Positions 32,979-43,013 of a stretch of 64,000 nucleotides of DNA are shown piece after piece. The DNA is from Negativicutes bacterium. Lineage in GTDB: Bacteria > Bacillota > Negativicutes > UBA1444. The notes under the pieces are model-generated. The model saw only the letters and a program-made list of their open reading frames with translations, made no database searches and was not told the origin of the DNA. Made by a program: the position numbers and the translations under genes. The DNA lies in NCBI GenBank assembly GCA_963665275.2, contig CAXXIN010000019.1, positions 128,001 to 192,000 on the forward strand, read 5' to 3'. Numbering within the stretch: position 1 is the first letter of the stretch; each line of letters opens with the position of its first letter.

Positions 32979-34005
32979 CGAAATCACTCCAGCGAATTTG
33001 CGTATTGCGAGTTACAGGCTGTTTTGCCGCTTTCCCCAACACCCGGTCATAAAACTCCGCCTTGATTTCTCCTGTCCCAGGCCTTTTGACCCAAACATTA
33101 TCCGCAGTAAATAATTCTCCAGCACCGATGTCTGCGGTTGCAACCACGCAGGCATAAGCAAAATCGATCGTGGGCTGTTCTTCCGTCAGTATATTTTTAC
33201 TGCCGCCCAAGGCCTGATGAATAATTCGGCTTCCCTGCACCAACGCTCTCAAATCGTCAGGATCCATGGAAATATTGATATCCGGTCCCGGCCAGCTTTT
33301 ATCGGAGGTAAAGTGTCGCTCCAAAATGCTCCCCCCCAAAGACACAGCCCCCAGGCAGGGATAATTGGACAACGAATGATCGGAAAGCCCTACCACGGCA
33401 TCCGGGAATTCCTCCATCAATTCTGGAATCGCCCCCAGCCGCACTTTATCATACGGTGTGGGATAGATGCTCGTGCAGTGCAGCAATGCAAAAGGAACCC
33501 TATACCGACGCAGAATGTCGACCGATTTGCGGACGCTTTCCAGATTGTTCATGCCAGTGCTGAGAATGATGGGCTTGCCATATTGGGCAATATGTTCGAT
33601 CAGCGGATAGTTGTTGCATTCCCCTGAACCTATCTTGTAGGCGGAAACCGCCATTTTTTCCAACCGAACCGCAGCGGCGCGGGAAAAAGGCGTACTCAGA
33701 AAAATCAGGCCCTTTTTCTCAACATATTCCTTCAGGGCCCATTCTTCTTCTTCGTGCAGAGCGCACCTCTTCATGATTTCCCAAATGCTTTCGCTGGCGT
33801 TCCCTGGAATCACATTATTCGGGATCATTTCATCCTCGATGATATGAGTCTGGAACTTGACGCACTCACAGCCGGAAGCAGCGGCATCATCTATCATTTT
33901 TACAGCTTTTTCAAAACTACCCTCATGATTGATGCCAATCTCGGCAATGACAAACGGAGCATGCATCGGGCCGATTTTTCGGCCGGCAATTTCAATTTCT
34001 CTCAT
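32971..34005 (-). CDS. neuB: N-acetylneuraminate synthase family protein
   Basis: IAEIGINH, KFQTH, KIGSGE, LHCTSIYP, GLSDH, C-terminal KRPGTG antifreeze-like domain. Confidence 0.92.
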   Translation of the reverse strand: MREIEIAGRKIGPMHAPFVIAEIGINHEGSFEKAVKMIDDAAASGCECVKFQTHIIEDEMIPNNVIPGNASESIWEIMKRCALHEEEEWALKEYVEKKGLIFLSTPFSRAAAVRLEKMAVSAYKIGSGECNNYPLIEHIAQYGKPIILSTGMNNLESVRKSVDILRRYRVPFALLHCTSIYPTPYDKVRLGAIPELMEEFPDAVVGLSDHSLSNYPCLGAVSLGGSILERHFTSDKSWPGPDINISMDPDDLRALVQGSRIIHQALGGSKNILTEEQPTIDFAYACVVATADIGAGELFTADNVWVKRPGTGEIKAEFYDRVLGKAAKQPVTRNTQIRWSDFDG

Positions 34006-34014
34006 TCTGCACCC

Positions 34015-35226
34015 CTACGAGATTTGATGCCGAAGTATCCAGTCCCCGTTCTCTTGCTTCCAAAGATGCGGAGAACGCGCCTGATTGATAATCTCCCAAA
34101 AACGACTTTCGGGAATCTGCATATAATCCAAGATTTCTTTAAAATATTTTGCCGGGAACTCATGGTCATACCTGCGAATCAAAGCTACGCCTTCTTCACG
34201 CGTGATCTTGCCTGTCCGCACTTCCTGCGCGCTGTCATAGGTCGCGCGGCCAATCCCGAACTTGATGAAGGTCGTATAGTAATGCAGCGGATCAATGCGG
34301 TCATCGATGGAGCTATATTTGGAGTAAGAGCCTTCAGTCCTCTCCGTATTGGCTTCGAATCCAGTTTTCTCCGATGCATAGTAGTAGCATTCCTGTGGAT
34401 CCCACTTGATATAGTAACTCAAATAATGCACTTCGGTTCCTATTTTGCGCAGTTTCCCGCCGTCGACGGGGAGATAAGGATTGAGGTCCTTTCGGTCCAC
34501 TCCGTACTCCTCGATCAGCTCTTTTGCACTCACTCCACCCAGATACAACGCATCAAGGTCGGGTTTTTCCTCATAAAACACCGGGTTCATGGTCGGCCGG
34601 TCGTTTTCTTCGATGTTGTTCCCATACTCCGCCTGATTTTCACCGTAAAAGACCAGCGGAATTCCATACATCCCGGAAAACCGGGGTGCGATCATCCGCT
34701 GACCGATAATAAAAGGCTGAAAAGGGTGAACCAATTTTTCAAAGGCCAGTCGTGTCAGCAGGCGATGAACCTGTCCGTTCGGCGAAAACAGGATATTGTC
34801 AAATCCGCCATGAATCCAGGTCTGCATGTTTTTCCAGCCAATATCGGTGTACTTATGAGGCGCCCAGGTCACCGTCAGCGGATTCATTCCATATTTGAAT
34901 TTCAACAGATGGGAGACGAAAATGCTGTCCTTGCCGCCGCTGCCTGGCACGATGCAATCGTAGGAGCCGTCCTTGCTGCGATGTTTGTCGCAAAGGTCCA
35001 GCAACTCTTTTTCACGCTGTTCCCAGTCAATTTTGGTATCCTTGATTTCCTGAAATCGGCAGGCGCTGCACACTCCCTCCGAATCGAATTCAATAGTAGG
35101 CTTTTTATCAGAGGGCCTGTTCTTGAATTCCACCACCGAACTGGGCCGCTGATTGGAAACCGTGCATTTCGTACAGAACTTTACCTCGGACGGAAGACCG
35201 TAGTAAGCGTCCAATTTCTCCTCCAT
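34015..35226 (-). CDS. N-acetyl sugar amidotransferase (WbuX/PseA-like)
   Basis: FCTKC..RP, C.AC, YDCIVPGSGGKDS PP-loop, KFGIGRAT. Confidence 0.88.
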   Translation of the reverse strand: MEEKLDAYYGLPSEVKFCTKCTVSNQRPSSVVEFKNRPSDKKPTIEFDSEGVCSACRFQEIKDTKIDWEQREKELLDLCDKHRSKDGSYDCIVPGSGGKDSIFVSHLLKFKYGMNPLTVTWAPHKYTDIGWKNMQTWIHGGFDNILFSPNGQVHRLLTRLAFEKLVHPFQPFIIGQRMIAPRFSGMYGIPLVFYGENQAEYGNNIEENDRPTMNPVFYEEKPDLDALYLGGVSAKELIEEYGVDRKDLNPYLPVDGGKLRKIGTEVHYLSYYIKWDPQECYYYASEKTGFEANTERTEGSYSKYSSIDDRIDPLHYYTTFIKFGIGRATYDSAQEVRTGKITREEGVALIRRYDHEFPAKYFKEILDYMQIPESRFWEIINQARSPHLWKQENGDWILRHQIS

Positions 35227-35239
35227 AAGCCCCTCCAGT

Positions 35240-35512
35240 TTATGCTGTGTATTTCATAATCAAAGGTTTAATTTCATACCATAGCGTATCCCGTATCGAC
35301 ACAAAATCACGGCGTCCTTGCGCGGCTAAAATATCATTCAACCGCTTATTCAACTTCTTTTGATCTGCTTTGGCGAGTGCCTGAAGTTGGCTCAAAGTGC
35401 CAATGATGCCGAGGAACGACTCCGTCAGAAGATCGGGTTCCATGCGAAATGACTGCAAATAATATAGGTTGATCTGCTCGATCAAAAGTTTTTCGCGTTC
35501 ATTCCCCATCAT
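35240..35512 (-). CDS. Hypothetical protein resembling Maf-associated C-terminal helical module
   Basis: ATGA overlap with maf; LNDILAAQ..RDFVSIRDTLWYEIKP. Confidence 0.55.
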   Translation of the reverse strand: MMGNEREKLLIEQINLYYLQSFRMEPDLLTESFLGIIGTLSQLQALAKADQKKLNKRLNDILAAQGRRDFVSIRDTLWYEIKPLIMKYTA

Positions 35513-37200
35513 TCTCCCAATTCTCCAATGTCCAAGTTTTCCTGAAGTCCCATCCGAGTCTCGCGAATAACTTCTTGTAAAAAGCCGATCCAATACAAAC
35601 AGCGCTGGCGCAACATTTCTTCATCATTCTCAGCACCTGGCACCTGTTCGCGCATCCGGATTCGGCAAGCCATGATGACCGGATCGATAACGGCCTGTAG
35701 GATGGAAATGCCTTTATTTTTTTGTATTTTATTTATGAACGGTTCCAATCCCATACTGTCAGAATGTACGGCTTCACAGAATTCATACAATTCATCTTGT
35801 ATGTTTTTCAATTCTCTGTCAAGCGCAACAAATCCTTTTTCATCTTGTTCCGGTAGTTCGCCCATGTCCATCAAAAACGGCTGCTGAAAACTGCTATGCA
35901 AAACTTCTGCCAGAGGTAGATGCATTGCGCCCGAAATCAATGCGCCGCCCTCCGTTGCATTGATAAAATCAGTACCGGGGTACTGTTTAATATACTCTTG
36001 CAGATACATTAGAATCGCCCTGAGGTCGGTAGGAGTCGTGAGCACCGATCCGTCAGCTCCGGGAACTTCCGTCAAATAGTTCGTGTCGTCGATAAAGACC
36101 TGATTGACTCCATCAGCGTACCGCTTATTCTTCCCTTCGTAAGCCAAGTCCTGACCGACGAAAACGATTGGGTTGCATCCCGCCTGCCTGGCAAAATCGA
36201 CCGCCATTGTCGTCACACTGATACTTTTCCGTAAAGTACCAGTTGCGGGAAAAAAATTTTGAAAGCGTTCCAAAATGTTAATTCCCTGTGTCAGCGCAAA
36301 ATAAATTTTTCCTTGGTGCTGTGCCAGCATTTCATACGCAGAATCATAAGCACTCAGGATGGCAGTGTCAGTCGTAAGGCAATTTATGAGATTTTCAGAT
36401 GCCTCAGGGAAAGGATCCGCCACCGCCAATATATGAGGCCTCACTCCGTAGTCCGCCAGAACTTTCATCGTGGAACCACAGGCGATCAGCAGTCCCCGCT
36501 CCTTGCATTGTTGCAGCAGGTGAATATTTTTTTTCAGGCTGGGACCAGCGCCAACAATAATTGCAGGCACACCTTGCAAACTATTCTGAAAACCAAGAGT
36601 CCCCGGGCTCCGAATTATTTTTCCAATATTTCGCCAGGCATTTTCAAACAAGAAAGATTTATTTTTCAGGTGATAATCCATATGGATTCGAAATCCCTCA
36701 GAAATTTCTCTATGGATATTTTTCCTAACTGTTTGGTAGTAGTTCGGGAAAATAGCCATCGCCGGAAAATAAGGGCAAACAACAACCTGATACAAGTGTT
36801 CCTCAACCATACGTGTTGACACACTTACAGATACGTCCATCGGATTGGTAATGCAACGTATTTCCAGACGCGAGTCTGAAATCCAGGTCTCTCCTTTGTA
36901 ATATTGCATGGCAGCTGCGGCTGGGCTGCAGTCCACCGTTGGTTCAACAACAATAATTCGACTGGTCCTGTCCATCGCATGCAAAAGCGCCTTAATATGA
37001 TGCCCGATACCAAAACCAAGCACAATATATAAAGTATGGGTAGTCATTTGCAGCGTTTTCAGCCAGTCCTGCGCTTCCGCAGAGGGATTGTAACGGCTGT
37101 GCAAAAAAAAGGTTTCTCGCCCATCGACGCTAACAGAGGCTGTCATCTCCTTGCCTAATAACGCCGGCGCCATGGTCACATGAACATGTTTTGTCTCCAT
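35509..37200 (-). CDS. Motility-associated factor (Maf, DUF115) flagellin glycosyltransferase
   Basis: LHSRYNP.AEA, GFGIG, IVGAGPSL.KN, IVFVGQDLA, INATEGGA. Confidence 0.9.
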   Translation of the reverse strand: METKHVHVTMAPALLGKEMTASVSVDGRETFFLHSRYNPSAEAQDWLKTLQMTTHTLYIVLGFGIGHHIKALLHAMDRTSRIIVVEPTVDCSPAAAAMQYYKGETWISDSRLEIRCITNPMDVSVSVSTRMVEEHLYQVVVCPYFPAMAIFPNYYQTVRKNIHREISEGFRIHMDYHLKNKSFLFENAWRNIGKIIRSPGTLGFQNSLQGVPAIIVGAGPSLKKNIHLLQQCKERGLLIACGSTMKVLADYGVRPHILAVADPFPEASENLINCLTTDTAILSAYDSAYEMLAQHQGKIYFALTQGINILERFQNFFPATGTLRKSISVTTMAVDFARQAGCNPIVFVGQDLAYEGKNKRYADGVNQVFIDDTNYLTEVPGADGSVLTTPTDLRAILMYLQEYIKQYPGTDFINATEGGALISGAMHLPLAEVLHSSFQQPFLMDMGELPEQDEKGFVALDRELKNIQDELYEFCEAVHSDSMGLEPFINKIQKNKGISILQAVIDPVIMACRIRMREQVPGAENDEEMLRQRCLYWIGFLQEVIRETRMGLQENLDIGELGE

Positions 37201-37239
37201 CGCAATTCACCTCTTAGCTTTTTGTCCACTTGGACAGAA

Positions 37240-37271
37240 AGCCGGGACCGGATTATATCCCGGTCCCGGCT
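37240..37271 (-). terminator. Hairpin terminator after flagellin
   Basis: AGCCGGGACCGG / CCGGTCCCGGCT inverted repeat. Confidence 0.75.
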
Positions 37272-37285
37272 CAAAAACGGACTGA

Positions 37286-38527
37286 TTATTTGAGTAGCTG
37301 GAGGACTCCCTGCGGTTGTTGATTGGCCTGTGCCAACATCGCAGTCGCGGCTTGCGAGATGATGTTGTTTTTCGTGAAGGACATCATTTCTTTCGCCATG
37401 TCGACATCACGCACACGGGATTCAGCAGCCGTCAGGTTCTCGGATGAAGTGCCGAGGTTATTGATGGTATGCTCTAGGCGGTTCTGCAAAGCGCCCAGTG
37501 AAGATCGTTGTGTCGATACTTTTGTAATAGCCGAATCAATTACACGAATGGCTGTATTTGCCTGGGACTGCGTTTGGATCTGCAACCCTTTTACGCCCAA
37601 AGCTGAATCATTCATGGTGCTAATCGAAACATTCAGAGTTTGGTTCTGATTGGCGCCAATCGCCAACGTTGCGGTTCCGTTAGTTTGAACATTGGCGGCC
37701 GCAGTTGTTTCGCTGAAGCCAGACATTGCATTGGTGGCCGCAGTTTTGACAACTCCGTTGGAATCTTTAACCGTTAGGGTAAGTCCATTGACCGCACCGG
37801 CAAAACCAGCGGTTCCGGCGGTAGAGCCGATCGTTCCGGCAGTAATGGTAACCGCCGCATCTGTAAGTTGGGTATCAATGCTTGCGATGGTCGTAGCTGC
37901 TGCAACGGCAACGGTACTTGAGAACGTCGTTCCGTCTTTAACCCACGACACTTCAATGGTATCGCCAGAAACGATACCAAGACTGTTACCGCTGGCATCC
38001 GCATAATCAATCAGCAAAGCAGCTGTTACAACTGCCGCTGCTGCCGTGGTGGTTTTCAGTGAAGAATTGGTGTTGACGTTGGCAACCGCGGTATTGACCG
38101 CAGCTCCCATTTCTCCGTTGAGCAGTTTTTTGGTATTGAACTCGGTGGTGTCTGCAATTCGTTTAATTTCCGTGGTCAATTGTGTCATTTCATCTTGCAG
38201 GTTGACCCGGTCGGCAGCGGTATTGGTGTCGGAAGCCGACTGTACCGCCAATTCACGCATACGCTGCAGGATGCTGTGGGTTTCGTTCAGCGCGCCTTCA
38301 GCTGTTTGAATCATCGAGATGCCGTCCTGCGAGTTACGGGTGGCTTGGTCGAGGCCGCGGATCTGTCCGCGCATTTTTTCGGAAATCGCCAGACCGGCTG
38401 CGTCATCGCCTGCACGGTTGATCCTGAGACCCGAGGACAGTTTTTCCAAAGACTTGCTTGTTTGTACGTTGGTTGCGGACAACCGGTTGTAGGTATTCAG
38501 AGCTGCTACGTTGTGATTGATAATCAT
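37286..38527 (-). CDS. fliC: Flagellin
   Basis: MIINHN..LSSGLRINRAGDDAAGLAISEKMRGQI and AESRVRDVDMAKEM termini. Confidence 0.98.
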   Translation of the reverse strand: MIINHNVAALNTYNRLSATNVQTSKSLEKLSSGLRINRAGDDAAGLAISEKMRGQIRGLDQATRNSQDGISMIQTAEGALNETHSILQRMRELAVQSASDTNTAADRVNLQDEMTQLTTEIKRIADTTEFNTKKLLNGEMGAAVNTAVANVNTNSSLKTTTAAAAVVTAALLIDYADASGNSLGIVSGDTIEVSWVKDGTTFSSTVAVAAATTIASIDTQLTDAAVTITAGTIGSTAGTAGFAGAVNGLTLTVKDSNGVVKTAATNAMSGFSETTAAANVQTNGTATLAIGANQNQTLNVSISTMNDSALGVKGLQIQTQSQANTAIRVIDSAITKVSTQRSSLGALQNRLEHTINNLGTSSENLTAAESRVRDVDMAKEMMSFTKNNIISQAATAMLAQANQQPQGVLQLLK

Positions 38528-38553
38528 GTTTTCTTCCTCCTTGATTTTTACAT

Positions 38554-38569
38554 CGGGCTTCCTTGCCCG
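38554..38569 (-). promoter_or_regulatory. CsrA-binding hairpin in flagellin leader (CGGGC-AAGGAA-GCCCG)
   Basis: GGA in a hairpin loop just upstream of the AAGGAGG RBS, as in the CsrA-regulated hag leader; csrA-fliW adjacent. Confidence 0.7.
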
Positions 38570-38645
38570 ATTTTTTCGGACTGATTCGGCTGAAATTTTC
38601 CGTCGGCCGCCGGCAGAACTTCTACCGAATTACAATCTCATTATG

Positions 38646-38673
38646 TATATCGAAAAGTCGCGACATTTCTTAA
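38646..38673 (-). promoter_or_regulatory. Sigma-28-like promoter of flagellin (TTAA...TCGATATA)
   Basis: Partial consensus match ~120 nt upstream of the start. Confidence 0.55.
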
Positions 38674-38820
38674 TAGTTTCTTTGAAGATTTTAAACTTAT
38701 TTCTAAGATTATTTTTGCGACAACGCCAAATATATGCAAAAACGAACTCCCCCGCCTAGAACAATCATTCTACGACAGGGGAGTATTGAGCTATAACAAA
38801 AGCAGACACTTCAATTTCGT

Positions 38821-39060
38821 CTACAGATTTTTCTTCATCTGGGCGACTTTCAATTCACTCAGTCCGGTGATTTCAGTTGTCAATGCAGCCTCTCGGTTTT
38901 CGGCAACGATAGCTTCATAGATTTCCCCACGATATACCTTCACGTCGCGCGGGGCATCGATCCCGAGCCTAATGCTGTCGCCCTTGACCTCAACGACAGT
39001 GAGCACGACGTTATCGCCAATAACAATACGCTCGCCAGGTTTGCGGGTCAATACCAACAT
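38821..39060 (-). CDS. csrA: Carbon storage regulator CsrA
   Basis: [33 protein letters not shown]. Confidence 0.97.
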   Translation of the reverse strand: MLVLTRKPGERIVIGDNVVLTVVEVKGDSIRLGIDAPRDVKVYRGEIYEAIVAENREAALTTEITGLSELKVAQMKKNL

Positions 39061-39062
39061 GG

Positions 39063-39524
39063 CTATTTGCTCCCTTCGGCAAGGGTTTTATTGCCAGAGT
39101 CTGGCGCAAACAGCCGATAACGGGTAGGGTAGTCGCTTTTCTCCAGAACGATCTGAACCGCTTTGCGGTCCCGAGCATTGATGAGCAATGGCGCCACCAA
39201 ATTTACCGTCATATTTTCCGCCTTATCCTTCACTGTTGCGATATTGAAGACAGACGGCGGATTATCTGCCGTCAGACCGATTTCTTCAGCCAACTGGTCA
39301 TCCAGGGAAAATTCATAATCCGTGAAAAATGCAAACGGGTCGATGAGTAAAAAGGCCAAATCCGCGTCAGTCATTGACTGCAAAAAATAAAAAGGACTAT
39401 CCTGTTGATACTCCAAGAAAGCAAACTTATTTTCTTCCGGGAATCCGGGCATTCCATGGGGAAATGCCAAAATATTTTTCTCAGCCACATCCAGTTCACC
39501 GAAACGCGTTGATTTTACCTGCAC
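39063..39524 (-). CDS. fliW: Flagellar assembly factor FliW
   Basis: [27 protein letters not shown]. Confidence 0.95.
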   Translation of the reverse strand: MQVKSTRFGELDVAEKNILAFPHGMPGFPEENKFAFLEYQQDSPFYFLQSMTDADLAFLLIDPFAFFTDYEFSLDDQLAEEIGLTADNPPSVFNIATVKDKAENMTVNLVAPLLINARDRKAVQIVLEKSDYPTRYRLFAPDSGNKTLAEGSK

Positions 39525-39614
39525 GAGTCATCCCTCCTCCGTATGTTACCAGTATAATTCGCCTGACCGAAACTATCAAGAGAAAGGCGCGACGCTCTAT
39601 CTCTTTGGCATTTC

Positions 39615-40184
39615 CTAACTTCGCACATCCACACTGTTGCCGGCCTCTACAGTCCAAAATTTTATGCTGGGATACTGAGCCACACGAATATCCACCGTGC
39701 CGCGGGTCAATTCGCCTGTCACGCCGCCTTGCTGCACCATTACGTTCAGCGTGCCCCGTACCCGGTCAATTTCAACCGCTCCCGCTTCATAGTTCATTGT
39801 CGGCATCGGCTTGGGCGCAATCGTGACTTCCACAGTTCCGGGAGTACTGCGTTCCACCCCTATCTGTATGATCGTTGCCCCTCCTGGAGCAATTTGGGCC
39901 AGACGGTCTCCGTCTCTCGCAACCATTGCCGTAACCTCTTGTGATGTCTGCAAACCCTGTTGGGCAAAGTCGCCGATCATATCCGGCAGGCTTTTAATTC
40001 CCAAAGCAGCCCGACTCTCATAGGAGTCGATTGTCAGGCGACCCGGTGATTGTTGAATATCAAACCGCCCATTGTCCGACTCCATCTCCATCTGCGCAGG
40101 TTGGCTTTGCAGATTCAGCACAGGCCGCTGACTGCTCAAGTCCAGACGCATCGGTTGGATAGACATTTGCAGTTGAAGTCTCAT
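39615..40184 (-). CDS. DUF6470/YviE-like protein
   Basis: Position flgL-X-fliW; ARDGDRLAQI and QYPSIKF motifs. Confidence 0.75.
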   Translation of the reverse strand: MRLQLQMSIQPMRLDLSSQRPVLNLQSQPAQMEMESDNGRFDIQQSPGRLTIDSYESRAALGIKSLPDMIGDFAQQGLQTSQEVTAMVARDGDRLAQIAPGGATIIQIGVERSTPGTVEVTIAPKPMPTMNYEAGAVEIDRVRGTLNVMVQQGGVTGELTRGTVDIRVAQYPSIKFWTVEAGNSVDVRS

Positions 40185-40214
40185 TTTTTATCCTTTAGAC
40201 CGTTATTATGAGCA

Positions 40215-41453
40215 CTATTTTAAGAAATCTACCAAAGATTGCGGCATGATTTTAGACCCCATGGACAACGCGGCATTGTATACATTTTCGCTGCTTTTGA
40301 AATCCACGATAGCTTTGGCAATATCCAGGTCTTCATTCTTTGACAGCGCTTCCGTTATGGTCGTATTATCGTTGTTCAGCATGTTTTCCATCATGGCATA
40401 GGTCGAGCTGCGAACTCCCACTTCCGTCTGGGCCTGCAGCACATAATCATGCCCAGCTTTCACATTCACCATTCCTACCGATGAAAGCCAATTCACATCC
40501 GGGGTGCTTTTGAGCGGAACGGAAAAGGAATAAGTATCGTTGTTCACGTTGGAAGCCGACGTGGCAACTTGCATTGTCATCCCTGTTGCGCCAAGCGTAA
40601 TGGTCGGTGGTGAACCGGCCCCTACTCCTGCCGCCAACCAGCTCACACCTCCGTCTAGGGAATATGTGGCAGTAGCTGCATCCCCTGCCGCAAAAGTATC
40701 GATTTTAACGACAAAATCCTGATATCCAGAACCGCTGAACGTCCCGCCAACCGTCGCTGCCCCTCCGGCGCTGTTGCTTTGGGTTGGTTGCGCAGACGTT
40801 TTCATCAGTTCGTTTTTTATCCGCAATAGATCATTAAAGGTCTTTAGCGTTGTCGTTGGCGGCGTCGTTGCCAACGTGACCGCAGGCCCGAATGCGTCGA
40901 TTCCTGTCAAATTCACACTATCTTGACTCGGTGTGGCAACGCCTGTTTTCAAAGGCATGGAGATCTTATTTTCGTCCCCATGGTAAACAACGACCTCCAC
41001 CCCGTTGATCGTCTGACGCTCAAGCGGCAGTGTCTTATCGTTCTGCCCGGCGAAAAGATAGCGTTCGCCCAATTGGCTGTTACCAACAGCGATGGCTGAA
41101 TTGATCAGTCCGTCGATTTCTTTCCCAATGGCCTGCAATGATTCGACAGGTTTGGTGCCGTCAGCACTGATCACCAGTTCCTTCGCCCGGGTCATAATCG
41201 AGCTGATCTCCGACATTGCGCTATCCGTCGTATCCATCCAGGAGGTCGCATCCTTCACATTCTGGGTGAATTGTTCATTAGCCGCCAGGTTCGTATTGTA
41301 GGAAAGACTGTGAACAGCGCGCACTGGATCATCCGAAGGCCGGTGGATCAATTTTCCGTCCGTCAGCTGTTCCTGAAGCTTGGCCATCCGCTCCTGCGCC
41401 TTGTTAAAGCTGGACAAATAATTGTTGCTGATCATATTATTCGTAATGCGCAT
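40215..41453 (-). CDS. flgL: Flagellar hook-associated protein FlgL
   Basis: MRITNNM..RPSDDP..RYLFAG..SLVDFLK. Confidence 0.95.
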   Translation of the reverse strand: MRITNNMISNNYLSSFNKAQERMAKLQEQLTDGKLIHRPSDDPVRAVHSLSYNTNLAANEQFTQNVKDATSWMDTTDSAMSEISSIMTRAKELVISADGTKPVESLQAIGKEIDGLINSAIAVGNSQLGERYLFAGQNDKTLPLERQTINGVEVVVYHGDENKISMPLKTGVATPSQDSVNLTGIDAFGPAVTLATTPPTTTLKTFNDLLRIKNELMKTSAQPTQSNSAGGAATVGGTFSGSGYQDFVVKIDTFAAGDAATATYSLDGGVSWLAAGVGAGSPPTITLGATGMTMQVATSASNVNNDTYSFSVPLKSTPDVNWLSSVGMVNVKAGHDYVLQAQTEVGVRSSTYAMMENMLNNDNTTITEALSKNEDLDIAKAIVDFKSSENVYNAALSMGSKIMPQSLVDFLK

Positions 41454-41465
41454 GCCTATTCACCC

Positions 41466-43010
41466 CTATCTTCCAACGGTTCCGGTACTGTTGATCAATT
41501 TGTCGAGCATTTCATCCATGGTGGTGAGTACTCGTGCCGATGCGTTATAACCTTTCTGGAAGCGAATCATATTGGACATCTCTTCATCCAGGTTCACGCC
41601 GGAAACCGATTGCCGCCAGCTCTCGATCTGGTCGACTAATATTTGCTGATTTTCCGTAAGCCGAGTGGCGCTTTCGCCTTGGACACCCAATGCGCCGATC
41701 ATGGATGTATAAAAGCTGGAAAGGGAAGCTGAACTTCCGAGCGTTGCATTATATCCAGCGCCCAAAAGAGTGGTGTCCTGCACATTGATCCGGAGCGCCT
41801 GGCCCAATTTGAGAGCATTGGTTCCGCTGGCATCCCCTTCAGTGGCCAAAGCCTTCGCTGCAATTTTTTGCAACCCTGTCGGATTAGTTTTCTGGTCGTA
41901 GAATTCAGCGTTCACGCTCAGCTCCGAAATCCAATCCCCTTTCGTTTTGAAATTGGAATCGGCAGGATCCAGGTAAGAGGCATCATCGTATGGAGTGGAA
42001 CTCTCGCCGAAGAAATTGCGTCCGTTCACTTCATCTTCGCCATAACCGGCTCGGTGAATAGCGTTGAAATCCCGCAACAGAAATTCGCTGACGGTTGATA
42101 CCTGATTCAGATATCCTTTAACACCTGTTGTTGTATCATCGCGCATATCAATCAAGCCCTGCAGTTCACCACCGCCCAGCGTCACCGATACTCCATTGAC
42201 TTGCAAATTGAGCACCTCATAATTATAATCAGGATCCTTCGATGCATAGGTTTCAAGGGTTGTCGAGCGATTGGCGTTGACCAGAGTGAGCGAACCGCTT
42301 TGCACCGTGTAATTGCCGTCATTGTCCTCTGTGACTCTCACATTGACGAGTTGAGATAATTGGTCAACCAGCAAATCGCGCCGATCCCGAAGGTCATTGG
42401 CCGAACCGGAATTATTGTTTCCGATTTCGCTGGTGGAAATTTGTTTATTCAGCATTAAAATATCGGCCGAAATTTGGTTCACAGTGGACACTTTCAAACT
42501 CAAATCGGAGTTTATACCCGAAACAATATCGCGCAACTGGGTATTGGCCTGTTGAACGCTATCAACCAACTCCGCACCACGCTGAATTACCAAACTTCGA
42601 GTACTGTCATCGGATGCATTGGTTGCCAGCGACTGCCACGAGGACCAAAATTTGTCCAAAACAGTCTTAAGGCCCGTATCCGTTGGTTCATGAAAGACGC
42701 CTTCCACCTGTGAAAGTAAATTTTTCTGTGTTTCACCGTAACCAAGCGTCGAATTCTCTTTCCACATCTGCTGATCCATAAAAGTATCACGGGCGCGGGT
42801 AATCGACTGGATGTCCACCCCGGTTCCAAGCTGCATTCTGCCACTGGAGCCATAAATAGCTTCAGGCAAACTTGAACTCAGGTTTACCGCCTGCCTGGAA
42901 TATCCTGCGGTATTGGCGTTCGATATGTTATGCCCCACGGTATTCAGAGCGACCTGATTTGCAGTGAGTCCACGCACAAGCGTATTGAGCCCACCAAATG
43001 ATGAAGACAT
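41466..43010 (-). CDS. flgK: Flagellar hook-associated protein FlgK
   Basis: GHNISNANTAGYSRQ, NDLRDRRD, SGVNLDEEM. Confidence 0.96.
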   Translation of the reverse strand: MSSSFGGLNTLVRGLTANQVALNTVGHNISNANTAGYSRQAVNLSSSLPEAIYGSSGRMQLGTGVDIQSITRARDTFMDQQMWKENSTLGYGETQKNLLSQVEGVFHEPTDTGLKTVLDKFWSSWQSLATNASDDSTRSLVIQRGAELVDSVQQANTQLRDIVSGINSDLSLKVSTVNQISADILMLNKQISTSEIGNNNSGSANDLRDRRDLLVDQLSQLVNVRVTEDNDGNYTVQSGSLTLVNANRSTTLETYASKDPDYNYEVLNLQVNGVSVTLGGGELQGLIDMRDDTTTGVKGYLNQVSTVSEFLLRDFNAIHRAGYGEDEVNGRNFFGESSTPYDDASYLDPADSNFKTKGDWISELSVNAEFYDQKTNPTGLQKIAAKALATEGDASGTNALKLGQALRINVQDTTLLGAGYNATLGSSASLSSFYTSMIGALGVQGESATRLTENQQILVDQIESWRQSVSGVNLDEEMSNMIRFQKGYNASARVLTTMDEMLDKLINSTGTVGR

Positions 43011-43013
43011 CTG

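Noticed and set aside
33754-35259. 501-aa plus-strand ORF (likewise 47476-49020, 21001-22323, 19705-20922, and minus-strand 59063-60244)
   Set aside because: Antisense to well-supported genes, no recognisable motifs; typical of GC-rich codon bias.
38570-38760. c-di-GMP riboswitch upstream of flagellin
   Set aside because: No GEMM-type conserved core could be identified by eye.
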